64,000 nucleotides of DNA from NCBI RefSeq assembly GCF_024521635.1, contig NW_026250410.1:1116001-1180000 (forward strand), in the 5' to 3' direction. This DNA comes from Tricharina praecox (taxonomy: Eukaryota). Shown in pieces: positions 50,802 to 63,252 of this stretch (position 1 is the stretch's first letter; each line of letters opens with the position of its first letter). The translations under genes were made by a program, and so were the position numbers. Under the pieces are notes generated by a model that was not told the origin of the DNA, made no database searches, and was given only the letters and a program-made list of their open reading frames with translations.

Positions 50802-52507
50802 ATGGGGAAAGCATTCACCATCAGTCTTGCCACGTTCGCGGCCTTGGGGGTGAGTCCGCATCTGATTCCTCTGCCCACCCGCGGTTGCTGACGGATCCCT
50901 CCCTCCCCAGTCATTCCTGTTCGGCTACGACTCCGGCGTGATGACGGACGTGATCGCCTCGAAGCACTTCCTCAACTACTTCAACACGGACAAAGCGTCG
51001 TCGATCCTCGGCGCCATAGTCAGCACGTTCGCCGGCGGCGCCTGCATCGGCGCACTGAGCGGCGGTCTCACCATCGACCGCCTCGGCCGCCGCAAGAGCA
51101 TCCAGATCGGCGCGTTCGTCTGCGTCGTCGGCGCGATCCTGCAGGCGGCGGCTACGCACCTCGCCATGATGCTGGTCGGCCGCATCATCACCGGCTGGGC
51201 TATCGGGATCATGAGCATGGCTGTGCCCGTGTACCAGGCGGAGCTGGCGTCGCCGAAGATGCGTGGGTTGATCGTCGGGCTGTCGCAGCAGATGATCGGT
51301 GTTGGGTTTATCGTCAGTACGTGGATCGGATACGGCAGTGCACATGCCCCCGAGACCAGCTCGTTCCAGTGGAGGTTCCCGCTTGCGTTCCAGGGCGTGC
51401 CCGCTTTGTTCCTTGCCGTAGGCTTGTTCTGGTTCCCCGAGAGCCCGAGACAGTTGATCGAGAAGGATGGGAACGACGAGGCGCTCAGGGTCCTCAGGCA
51501 GCTGCACGGCAACGGCCACAACGAGGATTGGATCTTGGCCGAGTTCGAGGAGATGCGCCAAACCATCCAGGCTGAGAAGGCAGTGCACGTGCCCGGCTGG
51601 TCGATCATGTTCACTGTACCCGAGTTCAGGACGAGGTTGATGCATGGTGTTCTCGTGCAGATATTTACGCAGTTGACGGGAATCAGTATGCTCCCCTCAC
51701 GATCCTGATTCTCGATGCTGGATGACTGACTCCGAGTGAAAGATGTCATCAACTACTACCAGACAATCATGTACGAAGCCCTCGGTTTCAAGGGAAAGAC
51801 CGGACTCCTCGTCACCGGACTGTACAACATTGTTGGCCCCGTCACCAGTGCGTGCATACATACCCACCACTCCCCCACTGTCCACCTAACTAACAAACCG
51901 CAGATCTCTTCTTCATCACCCTGATCTCTGACCGATACGGGCGTAAGAAGCCCTTACTCTTCGGCACACTGGCGATTACGGCATGCCTATTCATCGAAGC
52001 GGCGATCAACTCTCAGAACCCTGGGGGGCTGGACAAGAACCTCTCTCGCGCCGGCGTGGCAATGCTGTTCATGGTGTCGATATTCTTCTCGCTGTCGTTC
52101 GGGCCCGTGAGCTGGACGTACATGAGCGAGGTGATGCCGATGCAGATCCGTGGAAAGGGCAATGCCTTCGCCACAGGCATCGGTAACTGGCTCATCAATG
52201 TCATCTTCTCCCAGGCTAGTCCGGTCGGATTGGATAAGCTGGAGTGGAAATATTACTTCGTGTTTGCTACGTTTAGTATGCGCTCCCCTCCATACCCCGC
52301 CACCCTCTGAGTCTAGGCCGCAAATACTAATGAAATTCGCTAGATCTCGTCGTCACTCTACCTACCATCTGGTTCGTGTTCAAGGAGACCAAGGGCATAA
52401 GTCTGGAGGAGATCACCGGCCTGTTTGACCAGGAAGGGCACACACAGCAGAAGAACCGTATGGTGGACGACAAGGAGACGGCCGCGCCCAGCGCGCGGGA
52501 GATCTAG
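50802..52507 (+). CDS. MFS sugar porter family transporter; exons 50802-50849, 50911-51685, 51743-51847, 51904-52275, 52344-52507
   Basis: Motifs FLFGYDSGVM, DRLGRRKS, GRIITG, PVYQAELA..RG, WRFPLAFQ, PESPR, QLTGINVINYY, DRYGRKK, GPVSWTYMSEVMP, KETKGISLEEI. Confidence 0.95.
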
Positions 52508-53578
52508 GAGATCTAGGACTTCGGTGCAGGTGCAAGTATATAGTATAGTATAGTACATGGAACACTCTCGCGGGTGGAGTGCATATGCGCATTGGGCATT
52601 GGGGAGGATGTTTTGTAAATATAGTACAGTACCTGTCTACGACGATACATGAATTTATTTTTTTCGGCTCAGGCATAATGATGAAGGGATTATTGAATTT
52701 CCACACGTTCGTTTGGAGAGTACGCGTGCTTTGCAGAATGACTTCATGATTGGACGGTAGGCGGCTTTGAAGAAGATCTTGACGGAGAATTCGTAGTTGC
52801 GACCTATGTAGAGTACAATACTAGGTACCACGGTAGTTATACTCTATACTGCACCCTTATTACTGTCACAGAAGCTATGTTCTCCATGAATACTTGTCTA
52901 TCTACTGGCCTTGTACACGCGCGTGCGGGTAGGTGGTACTGCTTTTTACCATAGGTAATGCAAATACTTCATTATCACTCGCTCTTCCTACTTTGCTTAT
53001 GCGGTTTGGTATGTCGCCCCAGGGCCAATAGTGCTAAAGAGTGCCCACGCACGCCCATAGATTGAATTGAAGCTAAATGGAGGTGGTCACCGCCAAAGGT
53101 GTTGTCTGCCATCACCATGAGAGGAGCATACATGATGTAGGATAGGTAGGGGATCAGATAAGATAAAAGGAGGAGGGGCTAGTCAGAACGAGTGACACCG
53201 AACGTTACAAGGAGTGGAGGAGAGCCATACCTATGAGATGGCTCTTCGAAGTTGAATAGAACCTCAACTTCTCGATTATCCTTCATTCCCGCCGTTTCCC
53301 TTCCAGGGCTACGTCAGTGGTACATAGCAACACTTTCTCGCAGATTGTGGGGCACCCACCAGATGAACTGACGACTATACATATTGAACTAGAGGTGGCC
53401 ACCATCAAAGGGCGCATGCTAGAGTCCTAGTACATTCCAGCCCACACGTGAACCTCTACTGCAAATGAGTACCGCATTACATAGAATCAGACGACAGCAC
53501 TCGTGGTGACGTCATATAGCCTGATCATGTCGCGCACGAGCGCCGCGTTGAAGAGATGGATTTTTCACGATACTACGA

Positions 53579-53715
53579 GAAAGTTCCTGCATCTTCGGAG
53601 ACCGTACCACCGTACTCGAGTCTGTCAAACTCGCAGACAATTCTGGAACAGCCGTGGTGGAGTGACTTCTCGAATGCGGTGGACACAGCTGGACAATTGC
53701 TCGAAGCTTCTAGAA
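53579..53715. promoter_or_regulatory. Cluster of heat-shock elements upstream of Hsp20
   Basis: Perfect three-unit GAAgcTTCtaGAA at 53703-53715. Two-unit sites GAAagTTC (53579), TTCtgGAA (53641) and TTCtcGAA (53667). TATA-like CATAAATA near 53806. Confidence 0.75.
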
Positions 53716-53953
53716 CCCTAACCCACGTTCCACGGGATTCTCGGATTCTCGTGAGCGAGCGTTACACTGTACACTGCGAACGTCATTTACAGGTCGGAAG
53801 CGGTCATAAATACCCCACGTCTCTCCTCCTCCTGTCCTGTTCTGTTTCTCATCATCATCAAACAATACGAGCAAAGTTGAACCTCCAAACAACCCAAACA
53901 ACAAACAAACCCTTTTCACACACACCACCACCACAACAACATCCACATCCACA

Positions 53954-54565
53954 ATGCCTTTCTTCCCACGCTTCCACTACCCCGAGCAGACCGGCTACGC
54001 CTCCTCGAGCTTCCCGACCGATATCCTGCGCCTCCTTGAGGGCCTCGACGCGCCGTCCAGCTCCACCGCCACGGGTCCCTCGGGCAGCAGCAGCTCCACC
54101 ACCGGCCGCCGCGCCTTCAGCCCGAACTTCGACGTGCACGAGACGCAGCACGAGTACATCCTCGAGGGCGAGGTGCCGGGCCTCTCCGACAAGAAGAACG
54201 TGTCCATCGAGTTCACCGACGACAAGACGGTCCTGATCCAGGGCAAGATCGAGCGTGCGGTGCGCGGCTGGGTCGACGAGGCCGGCAACGTCAAGGCTAT
54301 CGAGCAGGGTGAACAGCAGAAGCAGATCGAGCAGGCGGGCGAAGAGCAGAAGGAGAAGCAGAAGGAACAGCAGAAGCAGCCCGATGCTGAGAAGAGGTCG
54401 AAGTACTGGGTCTCTGAACGCAGCGTCGGAGAGTTCAGTCGCAGCTTTAGCTTCCCCGGACACGTCGATATCGACAACGTCAAGGCTAGCCTCGAGCATG
54501 GTATCTTGAAGGTCGTCGTTCCCAAGCTTGAGAAGAAGTCGGGACGCAAGATTGAGGTTGCTTGA
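53954..54565 (+). CDS. Small heat-shock protein (Hsp20/alpha-crystallin family, Hsp30-like)
   Basis: Motifs FSPNFDVHET..EYILEGEVPG, KYWVSERSVGEFSRSFSFP, VKASLEHGILKVVVPK and C-terminal IEV. Confidence 0.95.
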   Translation: MPFFPRFHYPEQTGYASSSFPTDILRLLEGLDAPSSSTATGPSGSSSSTTGRRAFSPNFDVHETQHEYILEGEVPGLSDKKNVSIEFTDDKTVLIQGKIERAVRGWVDEAGNVKAIEQGEQQKQIEQAGEEQKEKQKEQQKQPDAEKRSKYWVSERSVGEFSRSFSFPGHVDIDNVKASLEHGILKVVVPKLEKKSGRKIEVA

Positions 54566-55733
54566 ATCGGTGCGGTGTTTTCTTCTGGGGGGATGAAAAT
54601 GGCGTTTTTGTGATTGATTGATTGGTTGTCTCTGTCTCTGTCTTTCTCTTGTCTTTCTCTTCTTGTAATCTGGGATAGCAGGTACTCTAGGTACCTGTTT
54701 ATCTCTTTTCCTTCCGTGACGATGATGCATGCGGACCGCTTTGGTGGACTTCGAGTGTTGGTCTGGTTGCGGGTTTGAGCTTTGTGTCTGTCTGTCTGTC
54801 TGTCAGCAACACACACTCTCTGTTTTTTTACTACTGATTTTCGTGAGGAGGATGAGGAGGCAGTTGAGCTTGGGCTGTTGGTGCTTTTGTATTGCCGGAG
54901 CAATCCGTTTGAATGGTTCTGCAGTCAATTGAAATTTGATCTTTGTCATTCAACACATGGTTGAGAAGCCAATCTTCGTGAGTTTCCGGTCCGTTTTGAG
55001 GAGGCCTTCTTCATAGGAGGGTTTCTTCGTAGAATATCCGTGAGGATCTGCTACTCGTCCGTGATCAAATCAATGTCTCTACCCCCTCTGTCAACGCGGT
55101 AGGTATTCCATCACTAACACTGGCCATAGCGGGCCGTCGGATGAACTCAAGCCCTGCATGTGTACTCTACTCCGGATCCTCTACCGTAGTACACTCTAGT
55201 ACAGTCCGATAGGACCCGAGCCCGAACTCCTTTCCCCGCCGAAGCGCCAGCCCATCCACGGGAGAATCGAGTGGAAAGGGTATATTAGTATTCGAATATC
55301 CTGTTCAGAAACCGGCAATCGCGATGGGAAAGTAAGTACACATCTTTCGCCCCGACATTGACATCACAGCCGATCAACGCTAACATACCAGTATAGGTGT
55401 CCCGGCCATCGTACGAAGCCGTCCTGCCGTCAGATCTCGGTAACGAGCTTCCCCGTGGACATGTACTACCGGTATACGATCAAGACGACAAACTACCTGT
55501 CGACAATCGACACCTCCCGACAGACGTTTTCAACGCGCCGGTAGCGTTGTCTTGGCCAGCTAACTAAAGCCCCTTAAGCATGGACAGCCGGTGTCTCGTT
55601 CAGCCGTGCCCCTACCGCCGCCCACACCTCGTTCTCGCACTCGCTCCATAAGAACAGGTGCAACCCACACACCGCGCGCGCCAAAAGACATGCATCTATA
55701 ATCACCGACCGCCAGTCACATACGTCAGCTCCT

Positions 55734-57106
55734 ATGGGCCCCATACGCCGTAACTACACCCCCGCTCGCGCTCAGGATCACAGTCGCATGTGTCTCTGGC
55801 TAACGGTACGATGGTTTAATCTAAAAAGCCCATCGCAAAAGTCGCACTGGCTGTAGGACGTGCCGCGGTAGACGCGTAAAGGTCGGTCCGTCGTTGTCGT
55901 TATCGCACTCCGGCCTCTTACTCTACGTTTTCGGTTATTAACCACCACCTTCCTGCCTGGCAGTGTGACGAAGTCCATCCGATCTGCACCAATTGCGAAC
56001 GCCGTGAGCTCGTGTGCGTCTACGATCCCAAACCCGCTGCCCCCCTACCGCTGCCCCGCATAGAGGTTCAGAGTCTCCTGTCCTCATCACCCACTCCTCC
56101 GCCTCTACCTCCGCCTCCACCTCCACCTCCCTCCGAATCGACAGACCATGAAGAGAATCCAGCGCGAACTTTCCTCTCGCTCTTCGCCAACACGCTCCCG
56201 AGAACCCCTTCAACATACCCAGGGCTGGATCTGACGAGCCTGGAGCTGCTGCACCAATACAGCACTTGCACCTACACATCCTTCACCAGCCAAGCAGATT
56301 GGCAGCTGGTATGGCGAGACCGTGTGCCGAAATTGTTCCACTACCCGTTCGTGATGCACGCCACATTGGCCATCTCGGCCCTGCACCTCAGCGTCCTGAA
56401 CCTTCCACGATCCGAACACTACCTTCTCCTCGCAGCGCGATACTACCACGACGCGTCCGTAGCCCTCCGTAACGTCCTCCCCCACCGCCAGACCCAAGAC
56501 GGCAATGCGCTGTTCGTCGCCAGCTCCTTCATCGCCATCTACGCGTTCGCGACTCCGCCCGTGAACCCGCCCACCGGCGTCGAACCACGCGCACTAACGT
56601 GGCTTCCCATACTACGCGGCATCGAGGCGGTAGTACGCGGCGAGTGGTCGCAGGTATCCGGTGAGCTCGCGCCCTCGCTGCTAGGCGACAGGCCGCCGGT
56701 GCCTGCACCCCCAGGCGTCAGCTCGCTCCCTCCGCTTCCACAGCTCAACGGCCTCTGCGCGAATGTCGAAAACCACGAGGAGCGCAGGATCTATCAGGAC
56801 GCGGCAGCGAAGTTGCACTACACCTGGGAGATGTTCCGTGCCGCGTCGGGAGAGTTTTGGCTGCCCATGGCGTTCCTGTGGCCCGTCACCCTCTGCGATG
56901 GGTTCGTGGCCCTGCTGATGGATAGGCGGCCCAGAGCTATGGTGCTGCTTGCGCACTACAACGCCATGTTCTCCATGCTGCAGGGATTCTGGTGGATCGG
57001 GAAGAGGGCGAGGGATGAATTGGTGGTTATCGAAGCGGCGATCGGTGAGGCGTGGAGTAATGAGTGGTTGGGCTGGGTTAGGGAGGTGGTCAACGGGAGT
57101 AATTGA
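55734..57106 (+). CDS. Zn(II)2Cys6 transcription factor (Upc2/Ecm22-like C-terminal domain); exons 55734-55749, 55829-55881, 55964-57106
   Basis: Spliced N-terminus MGPIRPHRKSRTGCRTCRGRRVKCDEVHPICTNCERRELVC. Also LELLHQY, PFVMHATLAISALHL, FLWP...F..LL..RRPRAMVLLAHY and WWIG. The first micro-exon is less certain. Confidence 0.9.
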
Positions 57107-57982
57107 GATCATATATGACTGGATGGTTTACGCCGGATTGGGGGTTTCTATTCTTATTTTCTTTCCGACTTTTCGTTCTACATGGTTTAGATACCCCGGA
57201 GGTCTGCAGGCTGTAGCTTTATCATAATTAATGCCGCCGCTGCTTGAGGTACATAACAATTGTATCATATGTCCAATTCAACAAATCGCTTCTATCCGTG
57301 GTAGGTACATCTCCCGCGACCTCTGTATAGCAGCTCGGAACTGCGATGAATACGATATCCCGTGTTTGCAATTGTAGATCCGTTTCCAGTCAGATGATCT
57401 CACGGAAACTCACTCGCGACGACCAACATTAACGCTACGCGGATGGGCGAAAAAGCGGAAGTTCGATGTATGTGAGACCCGAGCTCCCGTAATCAGCCCC
57501 AGTCAAGCCGATAATTCATGGTCTTCCCGTCGCGAGTTACTGTCGTCACCCGACACTGACAGCGGAGCGTTTCGTTTCCGGTTTTGCTGGCGGTGAAGAA
57601 ATCCAAAAATCTGTAATTTGCTGTGGGTTTTCTTACCTTTTCTTGGTTCTTGTATACGGAGCCCTTTAATCGCTCTACGAAGCAGTTTGGATGATAAGAA
57701 GCTGTCGGGTTGAACTGAAACTGAATCATAGGATATCACACACCATAGCAACCGTCAAAAGTTCAGGTGGTAGTCGACATTCAATACTATCGTTACCATC
57801 CAAGGCTTTCCGCCCCATAAATATAACATAAAACTTCAACCCTCTGTCGTCTTCTTCTTCTTCTCTTCCTCTTCTCCCTCACCACACTTCTCCCTCCACA
57901 ACCCTTCTCCTTCCGCAATCCTTCTTTTTCAACCCCCCATCTTTCCGCACAAAACACAAACCCAAATACCAAAACAAGAACA

Positions 57983-58447
57983 ATGTCGCAGCAGCACATC
58001 ACCTTCTACGGCTCGGGCGCCTTTGTCGTCCGTGACCCGGCCCCAGCTCCAGCCCCTCCTCCCCCCCCTCCCCCTCCCCCAGCCCCGAAGGTCCCGGGTT
58101 CCTTCGCCGTTCCCGCCCAGGGACCGTACGACATGACCCCGCCGGTCGCGACGGCCAACCAGGTTCGCTTCCCGGGAAACGCTGCCCCTAGCGCTGCTTG
58201 GGCCTTTGGTGGTGGTGTTCCCGCGCAGCAGGTGCAGGCGCCAGCCATCCAGGTTCCCGGCTGGGCGTTCAGCGGTGGTGTTCCCCAGCAGCAGGTGCAG
58301 GCGCCAGCCATCCAGCTCCCCGGATGGGCGTTCACTCCGCCCGCTCCAGTCTGGAACGGAGCCAATGGTAACATCGCCGGTCCCAAGCCCGACTGGAACG
58401 TCAACAACGCTGCTACCGGAAACAACGTTGTCTGGCGCTTCAACTAG
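57983..58447 (+). CDS. Orphan Pro/Ala/Gly-rich protein (154 aa) with 20-aa tandem repeats
   Basis: Strong C-ending codon bias, ATG in ACAATGTC context, TATA-like AATATAACATAAAA near 57821 and a CT-rich leader. Repeats WAF(G/S)GGVPxQQVQAPAIQ(V/L)PG x2 plus a partial copy. Confidence 0.7.
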   Translation: MSQQHITFYGSGAFVVRDPAPAPAPPPPPPPPPAPKVPGSFAVPAQGPYDMTPPVATANQVRFPGNAAPSAAWAFGGGVPAQQVQAPAIQVPGWAFSGGVPQQQVQAPAIQLPGWAFTPPAPVWNGANGNIAGPKPDWNVNNAATGNNVVWRFN

Positions 58448-61400
58448 ACAAGAAACAGCCATCCGTAAGTCTCCGAGCATTCTCTTTCTCTCTGCTAAAT
58501 GTTCTTCTGACCCGCGAAACTATCCGCACAGACGAATCAGCCGACACTAACCCACCACGACGACAAACATAAAACGGGTTGAGAAAGGCTTGTTTTTCTG
58601 TGTTTCTCTTCGGCTGGGCTGTATGGTTTTTTTCTACTTCCTTCAAGTGTGTGTTGTCTGGGGCTGTTACCTTTCGCATTTCCTTTTCCATTTCCTACTG
58701 TTGGTTTGAGGCAGTGTCATCAAGTCGTTCTCAAGGGCATGGGGGTAGTTTAGGTGTGGGAGACCGTAATTACGCTTTTACCTTGCTTCTACTGTTGTCG
58801 CCGCAACTCGCCATGTGAGAAACACTGTCCGGCTGGAACCATTCGCTGCCCACTCTTTCGAAGTTTTGTGGTCGGCGGTCAAGTGATTGTTTCACAGCAA
58901 GTGGCGTAACTGACTTCTGGACTGCCTAACCACAATAGCTCCTAAGTAGGGTAGATATGTGGCAGAATAGTCAAAACCACCTTCCACACTCTACATGTGC
59001 TCTGGGGGAATCATCAATTTTATTTCGCCTCTATAAGCCTGTTAAGACTACGGCGAATCTCCAACAACACCGACCCAACTCCGTCCGTCTATGAGGCTCT
59101 CCCTGTTGCCCTACTGGCCCAATCATTGGTGATTCTACAGACCACCACCGCCATCATATTTCACCAATACCGATTCATTTTCCTCCTCGGTAGTAGACCT
59201 ATGGTCCTTCCTCCCATTACTCTTCTCTAGCCTTCCGTCCTACATCGGCTGTCTCCAGAAACTCAAGGATTGCCTTAGTGCACCTTTCACCAGCAAAAAA
59301 ATCCGCAATACGGAACCGATCTCGTCCATGCTTTGTTTGTGGTATTAGCCCCGGATTACACGGGCTCTGGTACGTGAAAGCCACTGGCGCTGGACTAAGG
59401 CCGCCGCCGACGCGCTTACGGCGCTAACGTCGTGCAGGAGGATCACCATTCGCGCCACAGGTTGGCTGCAGTGCGCACTCTGACACTGCCGGCCATGGAG
59501 CGAACCCTCATGCGGCGCGGCCAAGTACTCTACATAAGCGAGGGCGCGGCGGAAAGGTTGCGCAGGCAGACAGGCAGGTAGGTGGGTAGGCCTCGATCAA
59601 CCTCCGAGCTCGGAAGTGATCTCGAGGGTACATGAGAGTGGGAGTGGGCGGTCGAAACACTGGTGTGAGATGGCGAGAAATTGCTTGCTCAAGTACATAG
59701 GTTCATCGCCGGGGATGGGAATGGGCTGGCGATAGTTGGCTGAGGAAATGGGGGTCCGTGGCTGGTACATTCACTCTTCCGGGGGAACTCTACGGATGGA
59801 AGCGGATCTGGACGATATCACGAATGAGGGCCAGCTGTGGGGGCCGGGGGACAGTCGGAGCCTTTCGTGCCGTGATTTGCGAGAGTGCGGTCTCCTTGTG
59901 GTGCTGTCATCTGCGAGACGAGTGATATATACATACATGTTCACGGTATCACTCGACTCTCTCCTGGTGGTGTCTGGATCCTTTGCTTACAATCCTCAAC
60001 GGTGGACAGATCTCCGCCGAGGATTCTCGAGTTGTTCCTCAGTCCTTACACACTCGACGGAGCTCCAACGAACTGTACCATCGGGGCCGTCAGTCCGTTT
60101 GCTTTTTAAAACACCGTAACTAACCGCGGCCACGGTATGCCTCAAGTGCCTACTGCTTACACGGTATGTACTCCACATAGACCACGAGGGCCGACCCCCG
60201 GATCGAGCAGTCCGAACGAGAGACCCGGAGAACCGTTACCGACCCCGGCATGCACCGGTATGTATGTACCCCACTCATCGCTAGGTATCTCCATGTACTA
60301 CATACGGCACACACATGTCGTGCTCCACGCGCGTCGAATCCCCAACCTCACTCTTACGTACTCGTACAACGCTCCCCACAGCCGAATAAGCAAACATTGA
60401 TGTACGGAGCAGAGGTAGCCGACGAGAAATAGCCAAATGGCGGGGAGGGAAGGGAGGGAGGGAGGGAAGAACCGAAGTCATGGATGCGGCATGATGGCTC
60501 GAGCGGGTAGGTTTTAACTACAAGGTAACTACCGGGGCCGATGTCTCGCTTCCGACTTGCTTTTTCTTTTTGCACTCGCCATTCGGCTCGGGCTGTGTCC
60601 GGTTCGCGTTCGCGCTCGGCTCCGACATCCCAAGTCGGGATTTGCGAGGCCGTGCGCGCCGTTGAACCCGACCGGCCGGCAGACGGACGGCCGGGCGAAC
60701 CGCATCACGCGAGCTCACGGAAAAAGCCATATCTGTCCATGTGATGAGCATTGAAACCTCCGTGCAGTTTTCGCCAGAAAGAACCGTGACCCGGACTCCG
60801 CACGGAGTGGAGAAGATAATACCAACAACCGAACGAGAATCCTCTACCAAAGGTACCGGAAGCGGAATTGGGAATCCTTTGCATCCTCCGATGGTTTGAA
60901 AATCCCTCACACCCGCAAACAACGCGATCATACAGAAACAAACACCCAGATATCTACACCATATCCTACAGACCTAGGTACATGCATACTCGGCCTCCGC
61001 AGCACAGCTCTGTCAGACCAGGTTTTCCACGTTTCTGCACGGAAAACTGTGGGGAAACTCCATGCCTAACCGCATCGCGGAGACCGGTGGTAACGATTCC
61101 ATTACAGCTTCGAATGCCATGATTGACGAGACGATAAGACGGGTTGATGGGTGTGGTGCCGCGTTCACCGCCACGCTAGCCGCGTGCTATTACCAATGCC
61201 AACCGTCAAGCGCATGGCCAAATGTTGGAACCTAACCTCGATGAGCGCAAAAAAAACCTGGCGAGTGTGGAACAGCCTAGAGTTTGTGACCTGCGATGTG
61301 CCTGTGAAATCCATAGGTAAGTATGCATATGTACTTTGGGGATGAAGACTGATGGAAGGAGTGTCGGTACCATACTCACATGAACATTCTGAGCATTCTA

Positions 61401-62208
61401 CCGTACTGTGAGAACCGATTGCCGGCGACAGTCTACCTAGGTACGCGGTCAATGTATCCAACTTGTGTGCCGGCACTCCAGGCGATAACAATGGCCGGCT
61501 CCCTGAAGATTCCGCTTCAGCCACAGTAGCCCCCGAAGTGATAGCCATCCACCCCGCCCTGCAAGCCCGTCGCCGCCAATGACTGGGTCAGAGCCCACCG
61601 CCCTGTGAGCGGCCACCGGAATATACATGCCGTTCTGGAACGTTGAGAGACACGACTAGTCGGTCGATTGACGGGGTCCGACCAGTGCCGACCTCGAGTC
61701 ACTACCAACCCGAATCACCCACACCTCCCAACCCCGAGTCACTACCAACCCCGGGCCAGGTAGTTACGCAGCAGAGGGTTGGTGTTGACGTCTGACAGTG
61801 TGCCTGGTGCGGACGCCACAAAAGCTTGATCCCAATACTAAGACGATGGCCGCAACTGACCATTCCGTTCGCACCCGGCACTTGGGCAGAGACGTAACGG
61901 GAAATCGTACAAGGGAATTGGATACCTGCCGCTCGAAAATCAGCCTCCGCACACCAGCCTTTCGGTCGTACATACTGCTGCATATTGGCCGGCCAGACCC
62001 CCCTCCGCCCCCTACCCCCCGCATGTTTACAGCCTGTATATAACTGGCTGGATTCCTGCCCTCATGGCCGCTGCATCTCCATCTTCATCTCAACATAAGC
62101 CTTCCTCACTCTCAGACAAAACACCTCAATCAGTCCCAGTCCTATCCAATCCACTCCACTCCAATCCACTCCAATCCACTCCGGTCTCTTACTTCAAACT
62201 CCATCAAC

Positions 62209-63009
62209 ATGTCCACCACCACCCAAGTCGACGACAGCAAGCAGTGGGACCGTGCCCAGAGTGTCGACAACATCAGCAGCACCCCGACAGGCGTTACCGG
62301 TGTCCCCCTCGAGTACTTTGAGAAACTCCATGGCGCCCGTTTCAACCCCGCCAAAACATTCGGTAACCCTGCACCAGTAGCTCTCGCCGGCCTGGTCATG
62401 TGCTTGACGCCGCTCTCCTGCCAGCTCATGGGATGGCGAGGCTCGGACAGCAGCGGAGCGGCCAACAACGGTGCCCACATCTTCTGCGGAGGACTGCTCC
62501 TCCTCCTCGGCGGTATCCTCGAGTTCTTCCTCGGCCACACCTTCTCGTTCGTCGTCTTCTCCGCGTACGGAGGATTCTTCTTCGCCCTCGGAGCCACCCT
62601 GATGCCCTTCTTCAATGCCACTCCCCCCTACGCCGGTGCCGAAGGCGGCCTGACCACCGAATTCTACAACTCGTTCGGCTTCTTCTACCTCTTCATCGGC
62701 CTGCTCTCCGTCCTCTTCCTGGTCTGCAGCATCCGCACCAACATCGTCCTCGTCGTCCTCTTCCTCGCCTACTCGATTGCCTTCCCGGTCCTCGCTGCTG
62801 CCGACTGGCAGCGCGGCCAGCACAACGAGGCGTCCGCACACACCCTCGAGGTCACCGCCGGTGCCGCTTGCTTCGTCGTCTCCCTCTGCGGCTGGTACGC
62901 ACTCGCCGCCTCCCTTCTCGACTCGGTCGACATGCCGATCTCGCTGCCAATGGGTGACTTGAGCAAGTTGATCCCTGCTCGTAAGGCGGTCGACGAGGAG
63001 TCCCGATAA
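62209..63009 (+). CDS. GPR1/FUN34/YaaH (AceTr/Ato) family acetate transporter, intronless
   Basis: FGNPAPVAL signature (NPAPLGL variant), GILEFFLGHTF, AYGGFF, CSIRTNIV and about six hydrophobic segments. Confidence 0.92.
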   Translation: MSTTTQVDDSKQWDRAQSVDNISSTPTGVTGVPLEYFEKLHGARFNPAKTFGNPAPVALAGLVMCLTPLSCQLMGWRGSDSSGAANNGAHIFCGGLLLLLGGILEFFLGHTFSFVVFSAYGGFFFALGATLMPFFNATPPYAGAEGGLTTEFYNSFGFFYLFIGLLSVLFLVCSIRTNIVLVVLFLAYSIAFPVLAAADWQRGQHNEASAHTLEVTAGAACFVVSLCGWYALAASLLDSVDMPISLPMGDLSKLIPARKAVDEESR

Positions 63010-63252
63010 TTTCGTGGTGGATTCTGATTATTATTTTTGCTGGTGTTACTGGTGGGGAGTGCGATGATGATGAATCTTTTTCCTTTGCTTGGGTTGTTTT
63101 TCCTTTGGGGTTTAATTGGAGCCACTGTATATAATAAAGGCTACAAAAGTTTGACTTTTTAAAACTTTCTTCTCGTTCGTTTCTCGTGAGAAGGTGTTTG
63201 CTCTACCTACGTGATCGTTTCAGTCCACTGGTGATATTTTTGACAACCGAAA

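Noticed and set aside
53556..54903. Overlapping ORFs of 226, 290 and 302 aa around Hsp20
   Set aside because: Alternative-frame or antisense shadows that run through the promoter or UTR and show no domain signal.
57983..58447. Kex2-processed repeat peptide (dikaritin-type RiPP) precursor
   Set aside because: No signal peptide, no KR/RR sites between repeats and no DUF3328 gene nearby.
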